Source of the DNA: an uncultured Enterobacteriaceae bacterium
Lineage (GTDB): Bacteria; Pseudomonadota; Gammaproteobacteria; Burkholderiales; SG8-39
Length of the DNA: 64,000 bases
NCBI GenBank assembly: GCA_964393745.1
Contig: CAYMVA010000032.1
Location: 69,943 to 133,942 of the forward strand
Reading direction: 5' to 3'
In this document: one piece after another, positions 40,004 through 49,400 of the stretch
How the letters are laid out: each line of letters starts with the position of its first letter
Numbering within the stretch: position 1 is the stretch's first letter
Made by a program: the position numbers and the translations under genes
The notes under the pieces: model-generated
Database searches by the model: none
What the model saw: the letters and a program-made list of their open reading frames with translations, nothing else
What the model was told of the DNA's origin: nothing

Positions 40004-40438
40004 TCAGTGATTGCTGAGGTCGGCGTTCTCGCCGCTGCCGCCGGGCGTGCCGTCCTTGCCGTACGAGATCAGGTCGAAGTCGCCTTTCTCTCCCGGGGCG
40101 CGGTAAGCGTACGGCTTGCCCCAGGGATCGAGCGGCACGGCTTTCTTGAGATACGGTCCGTTCCATTTCGGCTCGTTCTGCGGGCGCTCCAGCAGCGCGT
40201 TCAGGCCCAATTCGGTGCCCGGATAGCGGCCGGTGTCGAGCCGGTATTGGTCGAGCGCTTTCTCGAAAGCATCGATCTGCGCTTTGGCGGTGTTGACCTC
40301 GGATTTCCCGATCTGGCCGAAATAACGCGGCGCGACGTAGCCCACCAGAAGCCCGATGATCGCGACCACCACAAGCAGCTCGAGCAGCGTGAAACCAGCC
40401 CCCTGTCTGCGCGGCGCGAAACGATTGTTGCGGTGCAC
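40004..40438 (-). CDS. gspG: Major pseudopilin GspG
   Basis: GAGFTLLELLVVVAIIGLL prepilin motif plus a GspG-type body (NGPYLKK...DPWGKPYAYRAPGEKGDFDLISYGKDGTPGG). GTG start. Confidence 0.9.
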   Translation of the reverse strand: MHRNNRFAPRRQGAGFTLLELLVVVAIIGLLVGYVAPRYFGQIGKSEVNTAKAQIDAFEKALDQYRLDTGRYPGTELGLNALLERPQNEPKWNGPYLKKAVPLDPWGKPYAYRAPGEKGDFDLISYGKDGTPGGSGENADLSNH

Positions 40439-40558
40439 AAGCCCCTCTTAAATTCCATGGTAGTTCAAGCAGATCACAATATGACCGTGCGCGCTGCACC
40501 GCGCAAGTGGAGTCCTCCCGCAGGTGCTGCATCGCGCATAGAATGAGACCCTAGGATA

Positions 40559-41527
40559 ATGCGCGCCGCCACCCGACGACAGGCAATTTTATTCGCGGTT
40601 CTCGCTGCAATCGTCGCCTACCTAGCGTTCGATTCCGGTGGCGGCGGACTATGGACCCCGAGCGCTTCCCCGGACGCTGCGAGGCGCGAAGCGGGCAAGG
40701 ACGCCGATTCCGGCCCTTACGGCGTGGGTGCGGAAAAGGGCGCGGAAAAGCGCGCCGGGCGATTTGCGCTGCCGGACAGGGTGCCGCTGGGCGAGCCGCG
40801 CGCGGCGCTGTTCGGCTCGCACACCTGGCAGCCGCCGGCCCCCAAAGTTGGCGCGGCGCCTGCCGCCCCCGCAGTTCCGGCGATGCCCTACAGGTTCGCC
40901 GGCAAGCTGCTGCAGGAAGGCAAGCTGCAGGTCTTTCTCGCGAAGGGCGATGAGGTGGTGCCGATTCGCCAGGGGGAGACGCTCGATGGCGCCTACCGGG
41001 TCGAGTCGATCGGTGAAGCCCAGATCACGCTGCTGTACCTGCCGCTCAAGCACAAGGAATCGATCCCGGTCAATTCTTCGCTGCCGCTCGCCGAGGCTCC
41101 CAAGGCGCGAGACACGGCGAAAGCGGCGCAGCTGCTGTGGGAAGGCCCGCAAAGCGTCAAGCAAGGAACGCAGTTTTCTGTTGCGCTGCGCGTCACCTCG
41201 GCGCAACCGGTGTACGCCTCGCCGATGCAGTTCCAGTTCGACCCGAAGCTGCTCGAGACGGTGGCGGTGAAGCCGGGCAGGTTCTTCAGCCAGGACGCGC
41301 GCAATTTCAGCTACCGCGTCAATCCGGAGGGCTCGATCTTCATCGGCGCTTCCAAGCGCAGCCACACGCTCGCCGACGACGCGGAATTCCTGGTGCTGAC
41401 GTTCAGGCCCCTCAAGCCGGCCCCGGTCGCGGAACTGTCGATCGCGTCCATGAACCTGCAGGGGCCTGCGGGCCGCGCCATCGCGTTCGATCCGCTGGGG
41501 GCGTTCAAGACGGCGATCACGCCGTGA
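40559..41527 (+). CDS. Membrane-anchored protein with a GspC/PilP-like middle region and a cohesin-like C-terminal domain
   Basis: N-terminal TM helix AILFAVLAAIVAYLAF. A beta-rich segment (YRFAGKLLQEGKLQVFLAKGDEVVPIRQGETLDGAYRVESI) follows. The last 130 aa or so resemble cohesin modules (GTQFSVALRV...MQFQFDPKLLETVAVKPG...FLVLTFRPLK). Confidence 0.5.
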   Translation: MRAATRRQAILFAVLAAIVAYLAFDSGGGGLWTPSASPDAARREAGKDADSGPYGVGAEKGAEKRAGRFALPDRVPLGEPRAALFGSHTWQPPAPKVGAAPAAPAVPAMPYRFAGKLLQEGKLQVFLAKGDEVVPIRQGETLDGAYRVESIGEAQITLLYLPLKHKESIPVNSSLPLAEAPKARDTAKAAQLLWEGPQSVKQGTQFSVALRVTSAQPVYASPMQFQFDPKLLETVAVKPGRFFSQDARNFSYRVNPEGSIFIGASKRSHTLADDAEFLVLTFRPLKPAPVAELSIASMNLQGPAGRAIAFDPLGAFKTAITP

Positions 41528-41576
41528 CCGGGCTTGCTCGCATGCCTGAGTTTCATATTCTAGGAGGAGTACCGAC

Positions 41577-43898
41577 GTGAATACTTTTGGATCAGGCAGC
41601 GCGGTCCAGCGCCGTTATCGCGGCATTTCCCGCTACCTGCTTTTGTTTTTGGCGTCGCTGCTTTACGCGACGTGGCCGGCACAGGCCGCCGCCTCCCAGG
41701 AAGAAATGCAGGCGGGAATACGGTCGTTTCGGAACGGCGACTTCACGCAAGCGCTTCAGCACTGGTCGGTCGCGGCGAGTGCCTACGAAGCGGCAGGCAA
41801 CCACGAGGGACAGGCGCTGGCGTTGGTGCGCGGCGCCGAGGCGGAACTGAGCCTTGGCCGCAGCCCGAACGCCTTCGACAAGCTGCAGAAGGCGCAAACC
41901 CTTGCGCAGCGCACTGACAATCAATCGCTGCTGGCAGCCGTCGAGGGCGGTCTCGGCAATGCCTATCTGGCTACCGGTCGCGAGGCCGACGCCGAGCGCA
42001 TGCTGCGTTCGAGCATCGATCGCGCGCGCAAGACGCAGAATGCCGAGGCGGCCGCGCAGGGACTTAACAACCTGGGGAACCTTTTTGCCCTGCAAGGGCG
42101 GTTCGCCGACGCCAGCCGCGTGTACCGGGAAGCGGTCGAGGCGGCATCCAAGGCCGGCAACAAGAGCATCGCCATCCGCGCTTCGACCAACCACGCGCGC
42201 GCTTTGATGGACGATGGCCGGTACGGCGAAGCGATCACCTTGTTGTCGGTTCTGGGTGACCAAACCCGCACCATGGAGCCCTCGCACGAGAAGGCGTACG
42301 GGCTGATCAGCATCGGCCGGCTCTATGTGCGCTTGCTGGGGTCCGGCATTGAGCCCATCGGCGAGTGGAGTGCGCGCGCGCACGCGGCGTTGAACGATGC
42401 GCTGAGCGTTGCCGACGCCATCCAGGACCCGCGCGCTCGCTCGTATGCGCTCGGCTACCTGGGCGAGCTCTACGAGCTGGCCGCGCGCAACGAAGAGGCG
42501 CTGCAATTTACGCAGCGGGCGATCATGGCCGCGCAGATGGCCGATGCCCCGGAGATCCTTTACCTATGGCAATGGCAAAGTGGACGGCTGCTGAAGGCGC
42601 AGGGCAGGACCGAGCAGGCGATTCTCGCCTATCAGCATGCGGTCAATACGCTGAGGTCCGTGCGCCAGGACCTGGCGGCCCGCGGCTCGCGCACGACGTT
42701 TCGCCAATCCGTAGGGCCGGTATTTTTCCAGCTCGCGGACCTGTTGCTCGAGCACTCGGGAACGCTGAGCGATCCGAAGCGGGTGGCGCAGCACCTGGTC
42801 GATGCACGCAGTGCCGTCGAGGTGCTCAAGGGCGCGGAGCTGCAGGACTACTTCCAGGACGACTGCGTGACCGCGCTGCGCGCGAGGACCGCCGGCATCG
42901 ACCGGCTCGCCTCGAACACCGCCGCGCTCTATCCGATCATCCTGCCGGACCGCCTGGAGCTTTTGCTGAGCATGCCCGACGGCATGAAGCGCTTCACGAC
43001 CCGTGTCGGCGCTCAAGAACTCACCAACGAGATCCGGGCGTTCCGCGCGCGCCTCGAGAAACGAACCACGCACCAGTACGTGCCGCATGCGCAAAAGCTG
43101 TATGACTGGCTCATCCGCCCCATTGCGGCCGAGTTGGAGAAGGCCGGCATCGACACGCTCGTGATCGTGCCCGATGCGGCGCTGCGCACCATCCCGCTCC
43201 CGGCGCTGCATGACGGCAAGCAGTTCCTGGTCGCGCGCTTTGCCGTTGCGACCACACCCGGCTTGACGCTGACCGATCCGCGGCCGATACCGCGGGAGAA
43301 AACGAAGGTGATGCTCAACGGCCTGACCGAGTCGGTGCAGGGTTTTTCGTCCCTGCCGTACGTGGCCGAGGAGCTGCAAAACGTCCAGAAACTCTACGGC
43401 GGGACGATCCGCGAAAACAAGCAGTTCACCGTTGAGGCGATGGAAAAAGACCTGGAGCAAACGCCCTACCAGATCGTGCACATCGCCTCGCACGCGCAGT
43501 TCGACAGCGACGTCAACAAGACCTTCCTGCTCACCTACGACGGCAAGCTCGGCATGAACCGCCTCGAGCAGATGCTGGGCATCTCGAAGTTTCGCACCGA
43601 CACCGTGGAGCTGCTGACGCTGAGCGCGTGCGAGACCGCTGTCGGCGACGATCGCGCGGCGCTGGGTCTCGCGGGCGTGGCGCTCAAGGCGGGGGCGCGC
43701 AGCGCGCTCGCCAGCCTCTGGACCGTCAACGACCCGGCTTCGGCGCAACTGGTGTCCGAGTTCTACCGCGGGCTGCAGAATCCGGCGAACTCGAAGGCCA
43801 AGGCGCTGCAGCAGGCGCAACTCGGCCTGCTGAACGACGCGCGCTACCGGCACCCGAATTACTGGAGCGCGTTCCTGCTCATCGGCAATTGGCTCTAG
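41577..43898 (+). CDS. Secreted/periplasmic TPR-repeat protein with a C-terminal CHAT (caspase-like) domain
   Basis: GTG start with an aggagg RBS. Signal peptide LLFLASLLYATWPAQAAAS, then TPR-like repeats. The CHAT dyad contexts are YQIVHIASHAQF (His) and LLTLSACETAVG (Cys), and the protein ends YWSAFLLIGNWL. Confidence 0.88.
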   Translation: MNTFGSGSAVQRRYRGISRYLLLFLASLLYATWPAQAAASQEEMQAGIRSFRNGDFTQALQHWSVAASAYEAAGNHEGQALALVRGAEAELSLGRSPNAFDKLQKAQTLAQRTDNQSLLAAVEGGLGNAYLATGREADAERMLRSSIDRARKTQNAEAAAQGLNNLGNLFALQGRFADASRVYREAVEAASKAGNKSIAIRASTNHARALMDDGRYGEAITLLSVLGDQTRTMEPSHEKAYGLISIGRLYVRLLGSGIEPIGEWSARAHAALNDALSVADAIQDPRARSYALGYLGELYELAARNEEALQFTQRAIMAAQMADAPEILYLWQWQSGRLLKAQGRTEQAILAYQHAVNTLRSVRQDLAARGSRTTFRQSVGPVFFQLADLLLEHSGTLSDPKRVAQHLVDARSAVEVLKGAELQDYFQDDCVTALRARTAGIDRLASNTAALYPIILPDRLELLLSMPDGMKRFTTRVGAQELTNEIRAFRARLEKRTTHQYVPHAQKLYDWLIRPIAAELEKAGIDTLVIVPDAALRTIPLPALHDGKQFLVARFAVATTPGLTLTDPRPIPREKTKVMLNGLTESVQGFSSLPYVAEELQNVQKLYGGTIRENKQFTVEAMEKDLEQTPYQIVHIASHAQFDSDVNKTFLLTYDGKLGMNRLEQMLGISKFRTDTVELLTLSACETAVGDDRAALGLAGVALKAGARSALASLWTVNDPASAQLVSEFYRGLQNPANSKAKALQQAQLGLLNDARYRHPNYWSAFLLIGNWL

Positions 43899-43967
43899 GC
43901 CGCGCATGAACGACGTTGTCTTAACGCGTATACTGCTTCGGTTGACCAAACCAAGGAGGGTCAGGTC

Positions 43968-44720
43968 ATGAAATCTTCAGTCGCCAAAGTCTTTCTCGGC
44001 GTCGCCACTGCCGTGGCGTTAGTCGTAACCACGGCCACCGCCCAGGATTCGAGGAAACCGTCCGGACAGCCCGATGCCCAAGCGCCGGCGACGGGGTCTG
44101 TTGCATACAAGCCGCCCATGCGGGGCGCACCGCTCACGCGCGTGGGCGGAGGCACCCGCAGCGTAGGTGCCAGCGTCCTGACGCTGAACGTGCTCGCGCC
44201 TGGGGAGACTGGCTACACGATGCAGGAAAAGCCGACCATCTACTGGTATGTGTCGGACACGGTCAACAGCCCGGTGGAGCTGACGATCACCAGCACCGCG
44301 AGCCTGCAGGACGCGGCGACGCCGGCGTTCGAGATCACCCTGAAACCGCCGGTCGCCAAGGGCTTTCACGCATTGCGGCTGGCGGACCATGGCATCGCGC
44401 TCAAGCCCGATGTCGAGTACCAGTGGTTCGTCGCGGTGGTGCGCAACCCCGCGCAGCGCTCGCACGACGTGATTGCCGGCGGCACCATCAAGCGGATCGC
44501 CGACAGCGGTGCGGTCGAGCCCAGGCTCAAGCAGACCTCGCAGGCGCAGTGGGCGGCGGTGTATGCGGAAGCGGGCATCTGGTACGACGCGATCGACCAG
44601 TTGTCGAAGCAGATCAGCGCCGACCCCGCCAATCGCCAGCTGCGCGCGCAACGCGCCGCGCTTCTGGAGCAGGTCGGCTTGCGCGAAGCGGCGGCCTTCG
44701 ACCGCAGCTCCGGGAGCTAG
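43968..44720 (+). CDS. DUF928 family secreted protein
   Basis: Signal peptide, then PPMRGAPLTRVGGGTRS, PTIYWYV, YQWFVAV and AGIWYDAIDQL, as I recall for DUF928. RBS aaggaggg. Confidence 0.75.
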   Translation: MKSSVAKVFLGVATAVALVVTTATAQDSRKPSGQPDAQAPATGSVAYKPPMRGAPLTRVGGGTRSVGASVLTLNVLAPGETGYTMQEKPTIYWYVSDTVNSPVELTITSTASLQDAATPAFEITLKPPVAKGFHALRLADHGIALKPDVEYQWFVAVVRNPAQRSHDVIAGGTIKRIADSGAVEPRLKQTSQAQWAAVYAEAGIWYDAIDQLSKQISADPANRQLRAQRAALLEQVGLREAAAFDRSSGS

Positions 44721-44741
44721 GGAGCCTCCGCTCTAGTCCTG

Positions 44742-46469
44742 CTAACGCAGCCAGCCCGGGCGGAAGTTCAGGCGGAAGTACCAGCTATCGTCCTGCAGGC
44801 TGTGGCTGGGCGGATTGGGCACATCGTTGAGCCCCTTGGCGTAGTAAAGCTCGGCCGAAAATTCGGGGCTCGGGTTCCAGATGAGCCCCAGCCCGACGCC
44901 GGTGAGGTGCGACGGGCTGAGGTTTTCCCTGTCCTTGAACTTTGCGCCCCCGGTATCGACGTACGCCGCAGCCTGCAGGTTGCGCGCTCCGGTCGGGTTA
45001 TCGAAAACGGGGATGCGGTATTCGAGCGACGCCGTGTAGCCGCGGTCGCGCAGCAGTTGGAAGGCGCGATAACCGCGCACGCTATCCAGTCCGCCGACCG
45101 CGTACTGCTCCATCGGCAGCAGGGCGTCGTTGGTGAGCTGGAGGTCGGCGCGCAGGCGAAGCTGGTCGCCGCGCTCGCCCAGGAGCTTGACCCACTGAAA
45201 CTGGCCCAGCCATGACACGAAGCGGCTGTCGGGCGCATCCGAGTGGATGGTAGAGCCGAACGCATCGAGCCCGATGCTCACGGTCGAGCGCACGGCGATC
45301 ACCTGCGTGCGGCCGCGGTCCAGGTAATCCCCCACCAGGCGCAGCGCGGATACGACCGCCTTGCCGTCGACCACCCCCGGCGAGAAGGAAAACGGCACGC
45401 CTAGCAGTGACGATTGGGTTTCGCGCCGCTCGAGCACGCCGGCCAGCACGAGTTGCTCGTTGGGCGTCCGAAATACGGGATGGCTGATCTGCCCGCCGAT
45501 CGTTTCCAGCTTGCTCGTGATGTCCAGCACGTTGAACGGCGACTCCACCACTTCGGCCTTGGTCTTTTCGTAGTGCAGGCCGAGCGCCGTGTCCCTCGCC
45601 GTGATGGGCGTGCGATAGCGCAGCTTGAAGTCGTAGGGAATGCCTTGGGCATAACCGAGCTCGACCCCCAACTGATCCCCTCTGCCGGTCAGGTTGTTCA
45701 TCGACCCGAGCAGCGTCAGCTTCGCTTCGCCCAGGCTCGGCGACATCCTGTTGTCGATCACCGCGCCGATGTCGTAACGGGGCGCCTCCTCGACCTTGGC
45801 CTTGAGCACCGCTTCTCCCGGGCGCTCGCCCGGCACCACCTGGGCGTTCAGGCTCTTTACCATCGGATCGCGCAACAGGATCTGCAGCTTCTGCTCGAGC
45901 TCCGGGATGTTCAGAGGCGGCCCGGCGTGCAGCGCGATGCGGTCGCTGAAATACTCCTTGTCGAAGTGCTCGGTGCCCTCGATCTCCATGCGCGTCAGGC
46001 TGCCCTCGACGATGCGGATTTCGATGACGCCGTCGGCGACCTTCTGGTCGGGGATCACCGCGCCCGAGTTGATGTAGCCCTTGCTGACGTAGTGCGCGGT
46101 CAGGCGCTGGCGCAGCTCTTCGAGGTCAGTATTGCTGATCTCGCGATTCTCGAAGGGCGCGGCGATCTTCTCGAGCTCGCCCTCCGGGAAAACGGTGTTC
46201 CCGGTGATGCGGAACTTGCTCACCCGCACCTGCAGGACGGTCGGCAAGCGATCCGCCTCCGGCGGGCTTATCCGCGGAAGCCTGAGCAGCTCGGGCGGCG
46301 GCTTGAGGAACTCGGGCGCCGGCAGGGGCTGCTGCGAGGGCAGGGTTTGCGAGGGAACTTGCGGAACCTGCGCCCAGACGAAATTCGCCGCGGCATGCGC
46401 GAGGAGCAGCGAAAGGCCCGTTACATACCCGGCGAGATCAGATTTCCTGCAGCCTGTTTTTCGATGCAC
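44742..46469 (-). CDS. Two-partner secretion outer-membrane transporter (TpsB; ShlB/FhaC/HecB family)
   Basis: GTG at 46469 gives 575 aa with signal peptide LSLLLAHAAANFVWAQ. POTRA-like region (FRITGNTVFPEGELE...LRQRLTAHYVSKGYINSGAVIP) and a C-terminal beta-barrel ending in an aromatic-rich segment. The start is inferred. Confidence 0.85.
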   Translation of the reverse strand: MHRKTGCRKSDLAGYVTGLSLLLAHAAANFVWAQVPQVPSQTLPSQQPLPAPEFLKPPPELLRLPRISPPEADRLPTVLQVRVSKFRITGNTVFPEGELEKIAAPFENREISNTDLEELRQRLTAHYVSKGYINSGAVIPDQKVADGVIEIRIVEGSLTRMEIEGTEHFDKEYFSDRIALHAGPPLNIPELEQKLQILLRDPMVKSLNAQVVPGERPGEAVLKAKVEEAPRYDIGAVIDNRMSPSLGEAKLTLLGSMNNLTGRGDQLGVELGYAQGIPYDFKLRYRTPITARDTALGLHYEKTKAEVVESPFNVLDITSKLETIGGQISHPVFRTPNEQLVLAGVLERRETQSSLLGVPFSFSPGVVDGKAVVSALRLVGDYLDRGRTQVIAVRSTVSIGLDAFGSTIHSDAPDSRFVSWLGQFQWVKLLGERGDQLRLRADLQLTNDALLPMEQYAVGGLDSVRGYRAFQLLRDRGYTASLEYRIPVFDNPTGARNLQAAAYVDTGGAKFKDRENLSPSHLTGVGLGLIWNPSPEFSAELYYAKGLNDVPNPPSHSLQDDSWYFRLNFRPGWLR

Positions 46470-46488
46470 TTTGGACGAACCCGCGCCC

Positions 46489-49400
46489 CTAGCGCGAGCA
46501 GTCCCGATAGTCTGCCATAGCCAGCGCGAGCGCGTAACGCGGCCCATCGGGGCCGGCATCGGCCCTGACCGGCCCGCGGGCACCCGCCAGACCGGTGGCG
46601 ACGTCCGAACCGAAACTCGGCAGGTAGCCACCCGCGTCGACCGGGACCCCGCCGCGGCCCGCGACCACGAACGAGCTCGGCGCCCCCGTGCGCCGCGCCG
46701 AGCACAGGCCGCGCAGCTGGCTGCTTGCATCGAGGAACGCCGCCGGCAGTTGCCCGATGCTGCTCTCGACGTTGTTGTCCGGCGATACGATCTGGATCAC
46801 GCCGGGCGTGCTCAAGGCGGACGACGCCTCTATCACGCTGGTTATGCTGGCGAGGAAATTGTCGGCGATGATGGTGATATTGCCGCCCGGGCCGCCGAAC
46901 GCATTGGCGATGATCGAGCTGTTGTTCAGGATGACGAACTGCGGATCGATCAGGATGTTGCCGCCCTGGCCCAGGCCACCCGCGACGCTGGTGCTGATGA
47001 CGCTGTCCTGGAGCTGCACCATGAACGGCGCCTTGAGCGTAATGTTGCCGCCGTCCGCCGTGAGCGCCTGCGTGGTGATCTGGCCGTTGTTGAGATAGAT
47101 CTCGCTGCCCGAGGTGATCGTGACGCTGCCGGCCTCGCCCAAGCCCGACACGATGCTTCCGCCAAGTGGTCCGCCGCTGTCTGCTTTGAGGCGCCCGCCG
47201 TCAAGGATCGCGACCCGGTTGCCGGCGTTCAGCACCACGTCGCCCCCCTTGCCGTCGCCGAAGGTGCTCGTAGAAACCACGCTGTCCTGGCCGGATATAG
47301 TGATGGCGCTGCCAGCGGCGATCCCCACGGTGCCGCCAGCACCGGTGCCCACGGCTACCGCTCCGCCGAGCAACCCGCCGCTCTCGGAAGCGGCCTTGCC
47401 ACCGCTTTGGACGTCGACTTGGTTGGCGCTCAGGGTGACGTTGCCTCCGGCCCCATCGCCGAACGTCGTCGTGGATACCGTGCTGCCCGGACCCGAGATG
47501 TTGATCGCGTTGCCTGCCGAGATCGAGACGCTGCCGCCGCTGCCGGTGCCTACGGCGACGGTTCCACCGAGCAATCCGCCGCTTTCGCCGACGACGCGCC
47601 CGCCGTTCAGGACCGCAACCTGGTTGCCGGCGGTCAGCGTCACGTCACCGCCACTGCCGTCGCCGAATGTGCTCGTGGAGATGGCACTACCCTGGCCAGA
47701 TACTGTAATCGTGTCACTAGCCGAAACCATCACGCTACCGGCGCTGCCCGAGCCGACGCCGATCGAGCCGTCGAGGAACTCGACGCCGCTGCGGCTGCGA
47801 ATGGCACCGCCGTCCAATACCGACAGCGTGCCGACATTGCCCACCACGCTGCCGGCATTGCTTTCCCATCCGGTCGATGTCTCGATCCGCGTGCCGGCGT
47901 TCAGCGTCAACGCTGGCGTCGTGATCGAAACCGCACCGGCGTTACCCGGCGTGAGAGGCGGGTTTGGAATATCCACCCAAAATGGCGCCACATCCGTCGG
48001 AGTGAAAGTTGTCCAGTCAAATCCATGGCTGCGCAGGTAGGCAAGGACCTCCATCAACTTGGCGCTGGGATTTCCCATTTCCGCGCGGAAATCATCGAAG
48101 GTGCGGAAGAACACCGAATTGAATAAATCGTTCAGTTGATCGTCGGGCGGCTGGAAGGTCGCGCCCACGATGCGGGCGTCAGAGCCGGAGAGCGTGATTG
48201 GCCCGCCGGCCGTCAACGTGATGTTGCCCGCATTGCCCGCACCAAAGGTGGTGCTGGTAATACGGCCGCCATCCTTCACCGCGATCGACCCGGCGGCTTT
48301 GATCGTAATGTTGCCCGAATCGCCCGCGAAACTGCTCTGCGAGCCGATCAGCGCGCTCTGCGGATCGCCGGTGCCCGCTACCAGGACACTGCCAGCGTTG
48401 ATCGTAATATCGCCGGCGCGCCCGAAGTTACGGCTATCCGTCGTGATTTGGCCCAGGCCACTGACTGCCAGGCTGTCGCTCGCGTTGATCGTGATGTTCC
48501 CGCTGTTGCCGGTAATGAGTTGGCCTTCCATGCTGCTGAACGGATAGGCCGGATTGCGCAGGCCTTGGGCCGCGAGCCCCTCGAATGCGAATGGGCTGTC
48601 GCTACCGTTACCTGACACGTCCACCTGTCTGGCGTTGATCGTCAGGCTCGGGCCCTCGCCCTCGATGGCGTTAATAAGCACGATCGATCCGCCGCTTCCC
48701 ACACTCACCTTGTCCGCGTTGATAGTGACGTGGCCAGCTTCGCCGGGCGCGTTGCGCTGCACCTGGATGCCCGCGAATCCCGAAATCGACACGGAGCCCG
48801 CGTTGATCGTCACGTCGGGCACCTTGGCGGCTGGCGCGACGTAGTTGCCCAAAGGATCCCCCGTATAGACGAAGATCCCTGGAGGCGCGAACGTCAGCAG
48901 CTCTCTCGCAGAACCAGTGATCGTCACCGCATCGGTTACCTTGATGTTCACCTGCCCGCCGTCCGGCAACGGCGAAAAACCGACGAACGAGAGTTCGAAC
49001 GCAAAGGCCCCGGGCAGCACGACGCCGTCATTGATTGCTAGATTGCCGCCGCGGATGAAGATCTCCTTGCCGTCCACTATGCTGCCAGGCCCGACCTTGA
49101 TGCTTCCCAACTTCGAGAAGCCGTCGACATTGAATCCGACCCCATCGAAAGTCGCTTCCCCAGCAGAAGCGACGCTCACCAGATTGACACGGCCGCCCGG
49201 TGCCACCACGTAGCCCGGTGTGCTGCCGTCCAGGGCGCCGATGCTGACCCCCGGAATATCACTTCCCGGGGCGTTGCCGCCGACCAGCGACAGCGTTTGC
49301 TCTTGCGGCACCATCAGCTGTGCAGCTGGGTAGAAGATGGAGAAGTCGATGCCTCCCGTCTGTACCTCGATTGGCTTGGGATTCGCCGAGAGAAAACCAA

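Noticed and set aside
38796-40532. 578-aa version of the GspF ORF, and the 436-aa version of the EamA ORF at 19023..20333.
   Set aside because: The N-terminal extensions overlap the upstream genes (gspG and the MGMT fusion) and are compositionally aberrant. Internal starts give family-typical lengths.
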